64,000 bases of DNA from Escherichia coli (GTDB taxonomy: Bacteria; Pseudomonadota; Gammaproteobacteria; Enterobacterales; Enterobacteriaceae): assembly GCF_050920415.1 (NCBI RefSeq), contig NZ_CP169309.1; one strand, given 5' to 3'. Position numbers and translations under genes: made by a program. A model generated the notes under the pieces. It did no database searches. It was not told where the DNA came from and was given only the letters and a program-made list of their open reading frames with translations. Shown piece after piece: positions 11,451 to 26,375 of this stretch. Positions within the stretch are counted from its first letter, which is position 1. Every line of letters begins with the position of its first letter.

Positions 11451-12971
11451 ATGGTCAGCTCAACGACTCCGTCTTCCGGGGAATACTTGTTGGAAATGAG
11501 CGGTATCAACAAGTCTTTTCCGGGTGTTAAGGCACTTGATAACGTTAATTTAAAAGTCCGGCCACATTCTATCCATGCATTAATGGGGGAAAACGGCGCA
11601 GGAAAATCAACATTATTAAAATGCCTGTTTGGTATTTATCAAAAAGACTCCGGCACCATTTTGTTCCAGGGTAAAGAGATCGATTTCCATTCTGCCAAAG
11701 AAGCACTGGAAAATGGTATTTCGATGGTACACCAGGAATTAAACCTGGTATTACAACGTTCGGTGATGGACAACATGTGGCTGGGGCGGTATCCCACCAA
11801 AGGCATGTTTGTCGATCAGGACAAAATGTACCGCGAAACCAAAGCGATTTTTGATGAGCTGGATATTGATATCGATCCGCGTGCGCGCGTCGGCACATTA
11901 TCCGTTTCGCAAATGCAGATGATCGAAATCGCCAAAGCGTTTTCCTATAACGCGAAAATTGTGATTATGGATGAACCGACATCTTCGTTAACTGAAAAAG
12001 AGGTCAATCATCTTTTCACTATTATTCGTAAATTAAAAGAGCGCGGCTGCGGTATTGTTTATATCTCGCATAAAATGGAAGAAATCTTCCAGTTATGTGA
12101 TGAAGTCACCGTATTGCGCGACGGTCAGTGGATCGCTACCGAACCGCTGGCAGGGCTAACGATGGACAAGATCATCGCCATGATGGTTGGACGCTCTCTT
12201 AACCAGCGTTTCCCTGACAAAGAAAACAAGCCGGGCGAAGTGATTCTGGAAGTGCGTAATCTGACGTCGCTGCGCCAGCCGTCGATTCGCGATGTCTCGT
12301 TTGATCTGCATAAAGGGGAGATCCTCGGTATTGCCGGTCTGGTGGGGGCGAAACGTACCGATATTGTTGAGACGTTATTTGGTATTCGCGAGAAATCGGC
12401 TGGCACCATTACGTTGCACGGTAAAAAGATCAATAACCATAACGCTAACGAAGCCATAAACCACGGATTTGCACTGGTAACTGAAGAGCGCCGCTCAACG
12501 GGAATTTATGCCTATCTGGATATTGGCTTTAACTCGTTAATTTCCAATATCCGCAACTACAAAAATAAAGTTGGCTTGCTGGATAACTCGCGGATGAAAA
12601 GCGATACCCAGTGGGTAATTGATTCGATGCGGGTAAAAACGCCGGGACATCGTACGCAAATTGGTTCACTCTCCGGCGGTAATCAGCAAAAGGTAATTAT
12701 TGGGCGCTGGCTGCTAACGCAACCAGAAATATTAATGCTCGATGAACCAACGCGCGGTATTGATGTCGGAGCGAAGTTTGAAATTTATCAGTTAATTGCC
12801 GAACTGGCGAAGAAAGGCAAGGGGATTATTATTATTTCCTCCGAAATGCCAGAGTTGTTAGGGATAACAGACCGTATTCTGGTCATGAGCAATGGTCTCG
12901 TTTCCGGAATTGTCGATACAAAAACAACAACGCAAAACGAAATTCTGCGTCTTGCGTCTTTGCACCTTTAA
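11451..12971 (+). CDS. mglA: Galactose/methyl-galactoside ABC transporter ATP-binding protein (duplicated ABC domains), 506 aa
   Basis: Two Walker A motifs ('GENGAGKST' and second-domain equivalent), two LSGG signatures; sugar-ABC architecture. Confidence 0.95.
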   Translation: MVSSTTPSSGEYLLEMSGINKSFPGVKALDNVNLKVRPHSIHALMGENGAGKSTLLKCLFGIYQKDSGTILFQGKEIDFHSAKEALENGISMVHQELNLVLQRSVMDNMWLGRYPTKGMFVDQDKMYRETKAIFDELDIDIDPRARVGTLSVSQMQMIEIAKAFSYNAKIVIMDEPTSSLTEKEVNHLFTIIRKLKERGCGIVYISHKMEEIFQLCDEVTVLRDGQWIATEPLAGLTMDKIIAMMVGRSLNQRFPDKENKPGEVILEVRNLTSLRQPSIRDVSFDLHKGEILGIAGLVGAKRTDIVETLFGIREKSAGTITLHGKKINNHNANEAINHGFALVTEERRSTGIYAYLDIGFNSLISNIRNYKNKVGLLDNSRMKSDTQWVIDSMRVKTPGHRTQIGSLSGGNQQKVIIGRWLLTQPEILMLDEPTRGIDVGAKFEIYQLIAELAKKGKGIIIISSEMPELLGITDRILVMSNGLVSGIVDTKTTTQNEILRLASLHL

Positions 12972-12986
12972 GATTAGGGGCCTCCC

Positions 12987-13997
12987 ATGAGTGCGTTAAA
13001 TAAGAAAAGTTTTCTTACTTACCTGAAAGAGGGCGGTATTTACGTCGTTCTTTTAGTTTTGCTGGCGATTATTATTTTCCAGGACCCAACTTTTTTAAGT
13101 CTGTTGAACTTAAGTAATATTCTCACCCAGTCATCGGTGCGTATTATTATCGCGCTTGGTGTGGCAGGATTAATTGTCACCCAGGGGACCGACCTTTCTG
13201 CGGGACGTCAGGTAGGGCTGGCAGCCGTGGTGGCAGCGACGTTATTGCAGTCCATGGATAACGCTAACAAAGTATTCCCGGAAATGGCGACGATGCCGAT
13301 TGCGCTGGTAATTCTGATTGTCTGTGCCATTGGCGCGGTGATCGGTTTGATCAACGGCCTGATTATCGCTTATCTCAACGTGACGCCATTCATTACCACG
13401 CTCGGCACGATGATTATCGTCTACGGCATCAACTCGCTCTATTACGACTTTGTCGGGGCGTCGCCAATTTCTGGTTTTGACAGTGGCTTCTCTACCTTTG
13501 CTCAGGGCTTTGTTGCGCTGGGGAGCTTCCGTCTCTCTTACATCACTTTCTACGCGTTGATTGCGGTGGCATTCGTCTGGGTGTTGTGGAACAAAACCCG
13601 CTTCGGCAAGAACATTTTTGCCATTGGCGGTAACCCGGAAGCGGCGAAAGTTTCTGGTGTCAACGTTGGCCTGAACCTGCTGATGATCTACGCGTTGTCT
13701 GGTGTGTTCTATGCCTTTGGCGGGATGTTAGAAGCCGGACGTATCGGCTCTGCCACCAACAACCTCGGCTTTATGTATGAGCTGGATGCTATCGCAGCGT
13801 GTGTGGTGGGCGGTGTATCGTTCAGCGGTGGTGTAGGGACGGTGATTGGTGTGGTGACCGGGGTAATTATTTTTACCGTCATCAACTATGGCCTGACGTA
13901 CATCGGCGTAAACCCATACTGGCAGTACATCATCAAAGGGGCGATTATTATCTTCGCCGTAGCGCTGGATTCACTGAAATACGCGCGTAAGAAATGA
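12987..13997 (+). CDS. mglC: Galactose/methyl-galactoside ABC transporter permease, 336 aa
   Basis: Polytopic permease directly downstream of mglA. Confidence 0.95.
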   Translation: MSALNKKSFLTYLKEGGIYVVLLVLLAIIIFQDPTFLSLLNLSNILTQSSVRIIIALGVAGLIVTQGTDLSAGRQVGLAAVVAATLLQSMDNANKVFPEMATMPIALVILIVCAIGAVIGLINGLIIAYLNVTPFITTLGTMIIVYGINSLYYDFVGASPISGFDSGFSTFAQGFVALGSFRLSYITFYALIAVAFVWVLWNKTRFGKNIFAIGGNPEAAKVSGVNVGLNLLMIYALSGVFYAFGGMLEAGRIGSATNNLGFMYELDAIAACVVGGVSFSGGVGTVIGVVTGVIIFTVINYGLTYIGVNPYWQYIIKGAIIIFAVALDSLKYARKK

Positions 13998-14010
13998 TGT
14001 GAATGTGGGT

Positions 14011-14062
14011 ATTGCCGGATGCGCCGCATCCGGCAATCGGTGCCAAATGCCGGATGCGTCTC
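14011..14062. repeat. REP (repetitive extragenic palindromic) element between mglC and preA
   Basis: Characteristic gccggatgcg / cgcatccggc palindromic units. Confidence 0.6.
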
Positions 14063-14067
14063 TGATT

Positions 14068-15303
14068 TTACAACGTTACCGGGTGTTCTTTCTCTCCCTT
14101 CTTAAACTTCACTTCCCCGAGATCAATACAACCAACCGGGCAAACATGACCACAAAGCAGACAACCCACGCACTTCTCGGTATTACAATGCGGTGTGCGC
14201 GTTTTCTCGCTCCATTCCATCGCCTGGTGACCGCCGTCGTAACAGGAAATATAACAGCGTCCACAGCCAACACATTTATCGAGATTGATATGGGGATAGA
14301 CGATATAGCTACGGTCTAAATCTTCCGCCGGGACAATATTGTGATTCGCCAGACCTACCATCTCCTGCAACGAATCAAATCCCTGATCGGCGAGATAATG
14401 CGATAACCCGCTCGCCATATCTTCCACTATCCGATACCCGTACTGCATAATGCCGGTGGTCACCTGTAACGTTGCTGCGCCGAGCAATAAAAACTCTGCC
14501 GCATCTTCCCAGGTTTCAATACCGCCGATACCGCTGATCGGGAAATCGCGCAGCTCTGGATGGGTGCGCATTTGCTGAATAAAGCGTAGGGCGATCGGTT
14601 TTACCGCTTTACCGGAATATCCGGAAATACTCGATTTACCGTTAACGATCGGCATACCAATTTTCTGATTAAGATCGATATTGGTGATGGATTTAACGGT
14701 ATTAATCGCCGCAATGCCATCTGCGCCGCCGCGCTTCGCAGCCAGCGCCACTTCGCACATATCACCGATATTCGGCGTCATCTTCGCCAGCATCGGCAGC
14801 GTAGAACCACGTTTCACTGCCCGACAATATTTTTCTACCAGCTCCGGGCTTTGCCCGACATCGCTACCCATCGCATGAGAAGTCATTTGCGGACAGGAGA
14901 AGTTACACTCAATCATATCGGCACCAGCTTCTTGCACCAGGCGCGCCAGCTCTTCCCACTGCTGCTCATTTTCCCCCATGATTGAAGCTATCAATACTTT
15001 GTCCGGATAATCTTCTTTCAGCCGACGCAGGGCGGCCAGATTCTCCTCCAGAGGATGCTCGGCAATCTGCTCCATATTTTTGAAGCCGATAAAACCGGTA
15101 TCTTCTTTCACCAGATGATCAAAACGTGGTGAGACTTCGTTGGCGATAAAAAAGCCGATCGTTTTAAATACCACGCCACCCCAGCCCGTGTCGTAGGCTT
15201 TGGCGCACATCTCATAGCAGTTGCCTACCGGCGAAGAAGAGAGGCAGAACGGGTTGGGAAACTTCACGCCGCAAAAGGTAATCGAAAGATCTTTCGTTAA
15301 CAT
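14068..15303 (-). CDS. preA: NAD-dependent dihydropyrimidine dehydrogenase subunit PreA (dihydroorotate-dehydrogenase-like plus 2x[4Fe-4S] ferredoxin domain)
   Basis: TIM-barrel DHOD-like sequence with C-terminal ferredoxin cysteine clusters ('[11 protein letters not shown]', '[12 protein letters not shown]'); overlaps preT stop. Confidence 0.9.
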   Translation of the reverse strand: MLTKDLSITFCGVKFPNPFCLSSSPVGNCYEMCAKAYDTGWGGVVFKTIGFFIANEVSPRFDHLVKEDTGFIGFKNMEQIAEHPLEENLAALRRLKEDYPDKVLIASIMGENEQQWEELARLVQEAGADMIECNFSCPQMTSHAMGSDVGQSPELVEKYCRAVKRGSTLPMLAKMTPNIGDMCEVALAAKRGGADGIAAINTVKSITNIDLNQKIGMPIVNGKSSISGYSGKAVKPIALRFIQQMRTHPELRDFPISGIGGIETWEDAAEFLLLGAATLQVTTGIMQYGYRIVEDMASGLSHYLADQGFDSLQEMVGLANHNIVPAEDLDRSYIVYPHINLDKCVGCGRCYISCYDGGHQAMEWSEKTRTPHCNTEKCVGCLLCGHVCPVGCIDLGEVKFKKGEKEHPVTL

Positions 15304-16535
15304 GAGCAAGCTCCCTCTAAATAGTGATGAATCGCCTCAGCGGCTTCTTTCCCGGTTTTCACGGCATAAACCACGGTTTTGTCACCCTCAACAATATCGC
15401 CAGCAGCAAAGACTTGCGGGTCGCGGGTCTGGTAATTTTGTGTTTTGATGGTGTTACGCTGCGGCTCTAACTCCGCAAAGGCATCCAGTCTGGCATGCTG
15501 ACCGACGGCGAGAATAATTTTATCTGCCGCCATCGTCAGTTCGCCCGGTAAGCGTACATGCTTAAACGTGACTTTATTGCCTTCCACGGCCACTGGTGTG
15601 AATCCATCGATGATCGAAACGCCCAACTCCCGGGCGCTGGCAAACTCTTTTTCGCTTGCCGGAAACTCATCTAACTCTTCACGTGCTACGCAGGTTACCG
15701 CCTGACAGCCGAGAACTTTCAGCGTGCTGGCAACGTCCATCGCGACATCACCGCCGCCGATAATTAATGCGCTTTGTGGAATGCTGATATCGCCCTGCGC
15801 CTGCCGTGCACGTTGCAAGAAGTCGACGGCAATCTCAACGTCGCTATGCTCAAACAGCGGTAGCCCGGAACCGCCCGACAACCCTACGGTGACAAGTACT
15901 GCGCGGTTTTCCGCTTTCAGTTGCTCCAGGGTGAGTACTTTACCGATTTCGTTATTGCACTTAATGGTCACCCCCATTTTTTCGATACGGGCGATCTCTG
16001 CATCCAGCACGGTTTGCGGCAAACGAAATTGCGGAATACCGTTACACAGCCAGCCACCGGGTTGCGCTTCTTTTTCATAAATAGTGACGTCGTACCCCAT
16101 ATTTGTCAGCGTCACGCTGGCCTGCAATCCAGCAGGACCTGCGCCAATAATGGCGACTTTGCCGAGCGTTTTAGTACCAGGCTGATAAATTTCCATCCCG
16201 GTTTGTTGTTCAAAATCAGTGATAAAACGCTGTAAGCGACCGATATCAATGGGATCATCAACACCGGCACGGGTACAACCGCTTTGACATAATTTCTCCG
16301 TTGGGCAAACTCTGGCGCATACAGCACCTAAGGCATTATTTTCGCGAATTGTCTCGGCAGCGCCTTTAAAATTACGAAAGTAGATTGAGCGAATAAATTT
16401 CCCCGGATCGGTTTGTGCCGGGCAAGCCTGACTACAGGGAGCGTCGTGACATAATAAACAGCGAGAGGCTTCTTTAATCGCCAGTAAAGGCGTAAAAGCC
16501 GGAGTGAGTTCATCCAGATAATTTTGTTGCGGCAT
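15297..16535 (-). CDS. preT: Dihydropyrimidine dehydrogenase subunit PreT (FAD/NAD(P)-binding, GltD-like), 412 aa
   Basis: Rossmann 'IIGAGPAGL' motif, N-terminal Cys-rich segment; operon with preA. Confidence 0.9.
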   Translation of the reverse strand: MPQQNYLDELTPAFTPLLAIKEASRCLLCHDAPCSQACPAQTDPGKFIRSIYFRNFKGAAETIRENNALGAVCARVCPTEKLCQSGCTRAGVDDPIDIGRLQRFITDFEQQTGMEIYQPGTKTLGKVAIIGAGPAGLQASVTLTNMGYDVTIYEKEAQPGGWLCNGIPQFRLPQTVLDAEIARIEKMGVTIKCNNEIGKVLTLEQLKAENRAVLVTVGLSGGSGLPLFEHSDVEIAVDFLQRARQAQGDISIPQSALIIGGGDVAMDVASTLKVLGCQAVTCVAREELDEFPASEKEFASARELGVSIIDGFTPVAVEGNKVTFKHVRLPGELTMAADKIILAVGQHARLDAFAELEPQRNTIKTQNYQTRDPQVFAAGDIVEGDKTVVYAVKTGKEAAEAIHHYLEGACSC

Positions 16536-16577
16536 GTGATCTTCCTTAATGCTATGAGTAATTAAGGCGAACGCTAA

Positions 16578-16670
16578 ATATACTCGTCATACTTCAAGTT
16601 GCATGTGCTGCGTCTGCGTTAGCTCACCCCAGTCACTTGTCGCCTTCCTGCAACTCGAATTATTTAGAGT
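16578..16670. repeat. Short ERIC/IRU-like imperfect palindrome upstream of preT
   Basis: Shares 'actcgtcatacttcaagttgcatgtgctgcg ... ttcctgcaactcgaattatttagagt' ends with the longer element at 52933-53136. Confidence 0.6.
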
Positions 16671-16819
16671 AAATATTGCGTGCTGATATTAAGGCTAAGC
16701 GTGTGGGGAAATTTAAACTGTGAAAGAATTCACAAATAGCTGCGGTTCAGAATGTTATATCCGCAGCTTATTGACTGAAGTAATAATTATTCTCAATAAT
16801 TAACAGGGGAGGGACAATA

Positions 16820-18855
<2,036 letters not shown>

Positions 18856-18984
18856 GGCGTTGCCTCATAATCATGTAATGGGATAACAGTTTACGAACCC
18901 GTTATGGCTTTATATGTGATCTGAATCTCATTAATTGTGCAACGAATGAAACTTACATCAAAAATGCGCGACGTATCGCAAATT

Positions 18985-20111
<1,127 letters not shown>

Positions 20112-20205
20112 TTAATTCGTAAAACGTGCTACCGATCACATTAAGAATTCTCAGCATAGTTGAATTACAGGGAAGTAACATCGGGCGAGTGCCCAGTTCA
20201 GCACA

Positions 20206-21114
20206 CTAATTCTGCTGTAAAAAGTGCAGAAACTGACTTAAAGCATAAGAAGGCGTTTCGTTATTACGCCAAAACACACCGACGCTGCCTTTCTGTTCAA
20301 TCTTTGGCAGGTTGAGGATCACCAGTTGCCCCTGGCTGGCATAACGTTGCGCCAGGCGTAATGACAAAATAGAGATCATATTGCTGCTTTGTAACAGGTT
20401 GGTACTGACGTTCATCGACGCCGACTCAATCGTGTTTTCTGGCAGCATCACGCCGTGGTCTACCAGCGCATTATCAATGCTGATGCGGATGGGGGTACCT
20501 GTCGGCCAGACTATCCACCGCCAGTTAGCAAGATCATTCCAGCTGAGGGTGGCGTATTTCGCCAGTGGATGCTCAGGACGGGCGACAAAGCATACCGGCT
20601 CGGTGTAGAGCACGCGATAATTCAGCGGCAGCTGCAACGCGCGACCGCCAATTCGCCCAACCACCACATCGATAGAACCTGCCAACAGATCTTGCAGCAA
20701 TGGGGTCATCACCTTCTCTTCGATATTCAGGTGTAGAGTTGGCATCTCCTTGAGCAAATGCAAAATCGCCTGGGATACGCAGTCAGTGGCGACGGGAGAA
20801 CAGCCAATTTTCAGACTGCCGACCAGTCCACCTTGTTTAAAGCGAGCCAGTTCATATTGCGATCTTTCCATGTCATTGATTAACCGTTGGGCATGTTGCA
20901 ATAACAATTTGCCGCCTTCGGTCGGACGAAGCCCGTTGCTGTGCCGCTCAAAAAGTGTGAGTCCGATCTCATCTTCCAGTTGTGACAACCATTTCGAAAG
21001 CGCGGGTTGGGTGATATTCATCATCCGTGCGACATGGGTCAGATTACCCTGTTCACCCAGCGCCACCAGCATTTGCAGGTGATGTAGTTTTAGTTTTTGC
21101 GCCCAGTTCGCCAT
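20206..21114 (-). CDS. mhbR: LysR-family transcriptional regulator, divergent from the gentisate operon
   Basis: N-terminal HTH ('LHHLQMLVALGEQGNLTHVARMMNITQPALSKWLSQLE') plus LysR substrate-binding domain; divergent arrangement as in Klebsiella mhbR. Start at in-frame ATG 21114 (longer ORF to 21162 possible). Confidence 0.75.
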   Translation of the reverse strand: MANWAQKLKLHHLQMLVALGEQGNLTHVARMMNITQPALSKWLSQLEDEIGLTLFERHSNGLRPTEGGKLLLQHAQRLINDMERSQYELARFKQGGLVGSLKIGCSPVATDCVSQAILHLLKEMPTLHLNIEEKVMTPLLQDLLAGSIDVVVGRIGGRALQLPLNYRVLYTEPVCFVARPEHPLAKYATLSWNDLANWRWIVWPTGTPIRISIDNALVDHGVMLPENTIESASMNVSTNLLQSSNMISILSLRLAQRYASQGQLVILNLPKIEQKGSVGVFWRNNETPSYALSQFLHFLQQN

Positions 21115-21240
21115 TTGCCATAACCTCCAGGTTATCTCTCTGCCCGAAATGCCATTGTACATCTCATCTCTTTAATCACATTATCGCAACATATACAAAA
21201 CAAAAGAAACATCTACCTTACCTGCACTGAGGCATTTACT

Positions 21241-22599
21241 ATGACTCAACGACGTGATTTACAAGCACTTATCGATGCCGCTCCGGTCGGCAAGATGCAG
21301 TGGCGCGTTATCATCTGCTGTTTTCTGGTGGTAATGCTCGATGGTTTTGACACCGCGGCTATCGGCTTTATCGCCCCTGATATTCGCACTCACTGGCAAC
21401 TCACCGCAGGCGATCTCGCCCCGCTTTTTGGTGCGGGTCTGCTGGGTTTAACGGCAGGCGCACTGCTTTGTGGCCCGTTGTCTGACCGCTTTGGCCGCAA
21501 ACGGGTGATAGAGCTATGCGTCTTTTTATTTGGCGCGTTAAGTCTCGCCTCTGCGTTTTCACCAGATCTGCAAACGCTGGTATTACTGCGTTTTCTCACC
21601 GGCCTGGGGCTTGGCGGGGCGATGCCGAACACCATCACCATGACCTCGGAATATCTGCCTGCCCGTCGCCGGGGCGCGCTGGTGACGCTGATGTTTTGCG
21701 GCTTTACGCTGGGTTCGGCGTTTGGCGGGATTGTCAGCGCACAGCTGGTGCCGGTGATTGGCTGGCACGGCATTCTGGTGTTGGGGGGCGTGTTACCGCT
21801 GATGCTGTTTGTCGCACTGCTGGTAGTTCTGCCGGAATCGCCACGCTGGCAGGTGCGCCGCCAGCTACCGCAGGCGGTGATTGCGAAAACCGTCAGCGCC
21901 ATCACCCGCGAGCGTTATGTCGATACCCACTTTTATCTCATTGAATCAGCCTCCGTTACAAAAGGCAGCATTCGTCAACTGTTTATGGGACGTCAGTTAC
22001 CCATTACGTTGATGCTTTGGGTGGTGTTCTTTATGAGCCTGCTGATTATTTACCTGCTCTCAAGCTGGATGCCAACGCTGTTGAACCATCGCGGCATAGA
22101 CCTGCAACACGCGTCCTGGGTCACCGCCGCGTTCCAGATTGGCGGTACGTTGGGCGCGCTGGCGCTGGGCGTGCTGATGGATAAGTTCAATCCTTTCCGC
22201 GTGCTGGCGCTGAGCTATGCCGTAGGCGCTGTATGCATCGTGATGATTGGCTTAAGCCAGGATGGATTATGGCTGATGGCGCTGGCGATTTTCGGCACCG
22301 GCATTGGCATTAGCGGATCTCAGGTGGGGTTGAACGCGTTGACCGCAACGCTCTACCCAACGCAAAGCCGCGCCACGGGCGTGAGCTGGTCAAACGCCGT
22401 AGGCCGCTGCGGCGCGATTGTCGGCTCGCTTTCTGGCGGCCTGATGATGGCGATGAATTTCTCTTTCGACACCCTGTTTTTCATTATCGCTGTGCCCGCG
22501 GCGATCAGTGCGGTGATGTTAAGCCTGCTGATCACCGTGGTTCGCCAGTCGACCTCTGTCCCTGACTCACTGCCTCGCGCAGGCGTTGTGAACGAATAA
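21241..22599 (+). CDS. mhbT: MFS aromatic-acid:H+ symporter (3-hydroxybenzoate transporter-like), 452 aa
   Basis: 12-TM MFS with 'GRKR' loop motif; first gene of catabolic operon. Confidence 0.75.
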   Translation: MTQRRDLQALIDAAPVGKMQWRVIICCFLVVMLDGFDTAAIGFIAPDIRTHWQLTAGDLAPLFGAGLLGLTAGALLCGPLSDRFGRKRVIELCVFLFGALSLASAFSPDLQTLVLLRFLTGLGLGGAMPNTITMTSEYLPARRRGALVTLMFCGFTLGSAFGGIVSAQLVPVIGWHGILVLGGVLPLMLFVALLVVLPESPRWQVRRQLPQAVIAKTVSAITRERYVDTHFYLIESASVTKGSIRQLFMGRQLPITLMLWVVFFMSLLIIYLLSSWMPTLLNHRGIDLQHASWVTAAFQIGGTLGALALGVLMDKFNPFRVLALSYAVGAVCIVMIGLSQDGLWLMALAIFGTGIGISGSQVGLNALTATLYPTQSRATGVSWSNAVGRCGAIVGSLSGGLMMAMNFSFDTLFFIIAVPAAISAVMLSLLITVVRQSTSVPDSLPRAGVVNE

Positions 22600-22610
22600 G
22601 GAGCATCCTA

Positions 22611-23639
22611 ATGACTGATAACAATCAAAAAAGCCGCGAGCAATTTTATCAGCATATTTCCGGGCAAAACCTGACCCCGCTGTGGGAGTCACTGCACCAC
22701 CTGGTGCCGAAAACGCCCAACGCCAACTGTGCGCCAGCGTACTGGAATTATCAGGAGATCCGCCCGCTGCTGCTGGAGAGCGGCAGCCTGATTGGCGCGA
22801 AAGAAGCTGTGCGTCGTGTGCTGGTACTGGAAAACCCGGCGCTGCGCGGGCAGTCTTCCATTACCGCGACTTTATATGCCGGTTTGCAACTGATCATGCC
22901 GGGCGAAGTGGCACCGAGTCATCGTCATAACCAATCGGCGCTGCGTTTTATTGTTGAAGGCAAAGGGGCATTTACCGCCGTTGATGGCGAACGCACGCCA
23001 ATGAATGAGGGCGATTTTATCCTGACCCCACAATGGCGCTGGCACGATCATGGTAACCCTGGCGACGAACCGGTTATCTGGCTCGATGGACTGGATCTGC
23101 CATTAGTGAACACTCTGGGCTGCGGTTTTGCCGAAGATTACCCGGAAGAGCAACAACCGGTCACGCGTAAAGAGGGGGATTATCTGCCGCGTTATGCCGC
23201 CAATATGTTGCCGCTGCGCCATCAGACGGGGAACTCCTCACCGATCTTTAACTATCGTTATGACCGTAGCCGCGAAGTGCTGCACGATTTAACCCGCCTG
23301 GGCGATGCCGACGAGTGGGATGGCTACAAAATGCGCTACGTCAACCCGGTCACCGGCGGCTATCCGATGCCGTCGATGGGCGCTTTCCTGCAACTGCTAC
23401 CGAAAGGGTTCGCCTCCCGCGTGGCGCGTACCACTGACAGCACTATCTACCATGTGGTGGAAGGTAGCGGACAAGTCACCATCGGCAATGAAATCTTCAC
23501 CTTTAGTGCAAAAGATCTCTTTGTGGTGCCGACCTGGCACGGCGTGTCATTCCAGACTACGCAAGATACCGTTTTATTCAGTTTTTCGGACAGACCGGTA
23601 CAAGAAGCCCTGGGGCTGTTCCGCGAAGCGCGTTATTAA
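22611..23639 (+). CDS. mhbD: Gentisate 1,2-dioxygenase (bicupin), 342 aa
   Basis: Two cupin modules with His triad ('[14 protein letters not shown]', 'WRWHDHGN'); length typical of gentisate dioxygenases. Confidence 0.8.
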   Translation: MTDNNQKSREQFYQHISGQNLTPLWESLHHLVPKTPNANCAPAYWNYQEIRPLLLESGSLIGAKEAVRRVLVLENPALRGQSSITATLYAGLQLIMPGEVAPSHRHNQSALRFIVEGKGAFTAVDGERTPMNEGDFILTPQWRWHDHGNPGDEPVIWLDGLDLPLVNTLGCGFAEDYPEEQQPVTRKEGDYLPRYAANMLPLRHQTGNSSPIFNYRYDRSREVLHDLTRLGDADEWDGYKMRYVNPVTGGYPMPSMGAFLQLLPKGFASRVARTTDSTIYHVVEGSGQVTIGNEIFTFSAKDLFVVPTWHGVSFQTTQDTVLFSFSDRPVQEALGLFREARY

Positions 23640-23654
23640 TTTGGGAGAGAGAAA

Positions 23655-24356
23655 ATGACTCAATATGTATTCGAACCACAAGCGCCCGTTACCGTACCGG
23701 TTGTTGGCAGTGATGAACAATTCCCCGTGCGCCGCGTTTACTGCGTCGGGCGTAACTATGCTGCCCACGCCCGCGAAATGGGCTTTGATCCGGATCGTGA
23801 ACCCCCCTTCTTCTTCTGCAAACCAGCAGATGCCGTTGTTCCGGTCGCCGCTGGCGAAACGCTGGCGCTGCCGTATCCGGCGCAGACCGATAACTATCAT
23901 TACGAAATTGAACTGGTGGTGGCGATTGGTAAAAAGGGCAGCGATATCCCACTGGAAAAGGCCCATGAATATGTCTGGGGTTATGCCACAGGCCTTGATA
24001 TGACTCGCCGTGACCGTCAAATGGAAATGCGTCAGATGGGCCGCCCGTGGGAAATCGGCAAAGCATTTGATCTCTCGGCCCCCATCGCACCGCTGCACAA
24101 AGCCAGCGAAACTGGCGGTATTGATAACGCACCTATCTGGTTACAGGTTAACGGTGAAGATCACCAGCGCAGCGATATTCGCCATCTCATCTGGTCGGTG
24201 AATGAAACCATCAGCTACCTGTCAGGCTTCTTTGAACTGCAACCGGGCGATCTAATCTTTACCGGTACGCCGGAAGGGGTTGGCCCAGTAGTCAAAGGTG
24301 ATGTGATCACGGGCAACGTCGAGGGCTTAACCCCTATCGCGGTGAAGATCGTCTGA
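23655..24356 (+). CDS. mhbH: Fumarylpyruvate hydrolase (FAH family), 233 aa
   Basis: FAH-fold motifs ('[13 protein letters not shown]', 'GTPEGVGPV'). Confidence 0.75.
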   Translation: MTQYVFEPQAPVTVPVVGSDEQFPVRRVYCVGRNYAAHAREMGFDPDREPPFFFCKPADAVVPVAAGETLALPYPAQTDNYHYEIELVVAIGKKGSDIPLEKAHEYVWGYATGLDMTRRDRQMEMRQMGRPWEIGKAFDLSAPIAPLHKASETGGIDNAPIWLQVNGEDHQRSDIRHLIWSVNETISYLSGFFELQPGDLIFTGTPEGVGPVVKGDVITGNVEGLTPIAVKIV

Positions 24357-24361
24357 GGTGC

Positions 24362-25009
24362 ATGATGAAGCTGTACAGTTTTTTTAATAGTTCAGCATCG
24401 TACCGGGTACGCATTGCGCTGGCGCTGAAAGGCATTAATTACCAGACCGAAGGGGTGAATATCCGTATTGGTCGGCAAAATGAACTGGCCTATCGGCGGA
24501 TGAATCCTGTCGGGCTGGTGCCGACGCTGCTGACTGACGAGGGCGAGTCACTCGGTCAGTCGCTGGCGATTATTGACTGGCTGGATCGTCACTACCCGCA
24601 AGTTCCGCTGGTGCCGCAGGAAGAACCGGCCCGCAATAAGGTGCTGGGAATTGTCTATGCCATCGCTTGTGATATTCATCCATTGAATAACCTGCGCGTG
24701 CTGCGCTATCTGACCGAAGAGCTGAACGTCAGTGAAGAAGAGAAAAAACGCTGGTATGCGCACTGGATCCAGCAAGGGTTAAGCGCGGTGGAACAGCTAC
24801 TGCGCCAGAGCCAGTCGGGGCAATTTTGTGTGGGTGAGACGCCGACGCTGGCAGACTGCTGCCTTGTTCCGCAGTGGGCGAACGCGCTACGTATGAACTG
24901 CGATCTGAGAGGATATCCGCGCTGCAAAGCGGTGTACGACGCCTGCACACAACTGCCAGCGTTCATTGCCGCAGCGCCAGAAAATCAACAAGATAAAATT
25001 TCAGCCTGA
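24362..25009 (+). CDS. mhbI: Maleylpyruvate isomerase (zeta-class glutathione S-transferase), 215 aa
   Basis: GST N-terminal thioredoxin fold ('KLYSFFNSSASYRVRIAL') and GST-zeta-like C-terminus; sits between hydrolase and hydroxylase. Confidence 0.7.
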   Translation: MMKLYSFFNSSASYRVRIALALKGINYQTEGVNIRIGRQNELAYRRMNPVGLVPTLLTDEGESLGQSLAIIDWLDRHYPQVPLVPQEEPARNKVLGIVYAIACDIHPLNNLRVLRYLTEELNVSEEEKKRWYAHWIQQGLSAVEQLLRQSQSGQFCVGETPTLADCCLVPQWANALRMNCDLRGYPRCKAVYDACTQLPAFIAAAPENQQDKISA

Positions 25010-25023
25010 CCAGGAGAACCATA

Positions 25024-26217
25024 ATGACTAAAGTGACACGCGCAGTAATTGTGGGAGGCGGGATCGGCGGTGCGGCAACTGCGCTGTCACTGGCCCGCCA
25101 GGGGATCAAAGTGGTGCTGCTGGAAAAGGCGCATGAGATCGGTGAGATTGGCGCAGGTATCCAGTTGGGGCCAAATGCGTTTTCGGCGTTGGATAGTCTT
25201 GGTGTTGGCGAAATCGCCCGCCAACGTGCGGTATTCACCGATCACATCACCATGATGGACGCGGTGAACGCCGAAGAAGTGGTGCGTATTGAAACCGGGC
25301 AGGCCTTTCGTGACCATTTCGGCGGCCCTTACGCGGTGATCCACCGCGTTGATATTCATGCCTCGGTGTGGGAAGCGGTACTGACGCATCCGGACGTGGA
25401 ATATCACACCTCCACCAACGTCGTGGATATTCGCGAGACGGAAGACGATGTCACCGTGTTTGACGATCGCGGCAATAGCTGGAGCGGCGATATTCTGATT
25501 GGCTGTGACGGTGTGAAATCAGTGGTGCGCCAGAGCTTATTGGGCGATGCGCCGCGTGTCACCGGACATGTGGTCTACCGTGCGGTTATCGATTGTGCCG
25601 ATATGCCGGAAGATTTGCGCATTAACGCACCGGTACTGTGGGCGGGGCCGCATTGTCACCTGGTGCATTACCCTTTGCGCGGCGGCAAGCAGTATAACCT
25701 GGTGGTAACATTCCACAGCCGCCAGCAGGAAGAGTGGGGCGTGAAGGATGGCAGTAAAGAGGAAGTGCTCTCTTACTTTGAAGGGATTCACCCCCGTCCG
25801 CGCCAGATGTTGGATAAACCGACTTCATGGCGACGCTGGTCAACCGCTGACCGTGAACCGGTGGCGAAGTGGGGAACGAAGCGCATAACGCTTGTGGGCG
25901 ATGCGGCCCATCCGGTGGCGCAATATATGGCGCAGGGAGCCTGTATGGCGCTGGAAGATGCAGTAACGCTGGGTAAGGCGCTGGCGCAGTGTGAGGGTGA
26001 TGCGGCGCAAGCCTTTGCGCTGTATGAGTCGGTACGAATTCCGCGCACCGCGCGCATCGTCTGGTCGACCCGTGAAATGGGGCGGGTTTATCACGCCGCA
26101 GGGGTAGAACGTCAGGTACGTAACCTGCTGTGGAAAGGGAAATCGCAGGCAGAGTTTTATCGCGGCATGGAGTGGCTGTACGGCTGGAAAGAAGATAACT
26201 GTTTGCAACCACGCTGA
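25024..26217 (+). CDS. mhbM: 3-Hydroxybenzoate 6-hydroxylase (FAD-dependent aromatic monooxygenase, salicylate hydroxylase-like), 397 aa
   Basis: FAD motifs 'VIVGGGIGGAATAL' and 'GDAAHPVAQYMAQGACMALEDA'. Confidence 0.8.
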   Translation: MTKVTRAVIVGGGIGGAATALSLARQGIKVVLLEKAHEIGEIGAGIQLGPNAFSALDSLGVGEIARQRAVFTDHITMMDAVNAEEVVRIETGQAFRDHFGGPYAVIHRVDIHASVWEAVLTHPDVEYHTSTNVVDIRETEDDVTVFDDRGNSWSGDILIGCDGVKSVVRQSLLGDAPRVTGHVVYRAVIDCADMPEDLRINAPVLWAGPHCHLVHYPLRGGKQYNLVVTFHSRQQEEWGVKDGSKEEVLSYFEGIHPRPRQMLDKPTSWRRWSTADREPVAKWGTKRITLVGDAAHPVAQYMAQGACMALEDAVTLGKALAQCEGDAAQAFALYESVRIPRTARIVWSTREMGRVYHAAGVERQVRNLLWKGKSQAEFYRGMEWLYGWKEDNCLQPR

Positions 26218-26375
26218 GCACTTCTTCACCCAATCAGGCGCACGGGCGGTCCCCTCGCCCCTTCGGGAGAGGGTTAGGGTGAGGGAAAAATCTTGCCCGA
26301 ATTAATCAGTAAGTCAGTTTGTCTGCAAACACCAGAGGCGCTAACATAGCGCCTCATTTTTTTGCGGGTGATGAT

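Noticed and set aside
13999-14319. 106-aa plus-strand ORF starting in the REP element after mglC
   Set aside because: Begins inside a REP palindrome and runs antisense to the 3' end of preA (ferredoxin-like Cys motifs are on the other strand).
25622-26233. 203-aa and 129-aa minus-strand ORFs
   Set aside because: Antisense to the FAD monooxygenase gene (mhbM); Pro/Ala/Arg-rich composition typical of spurious frames.
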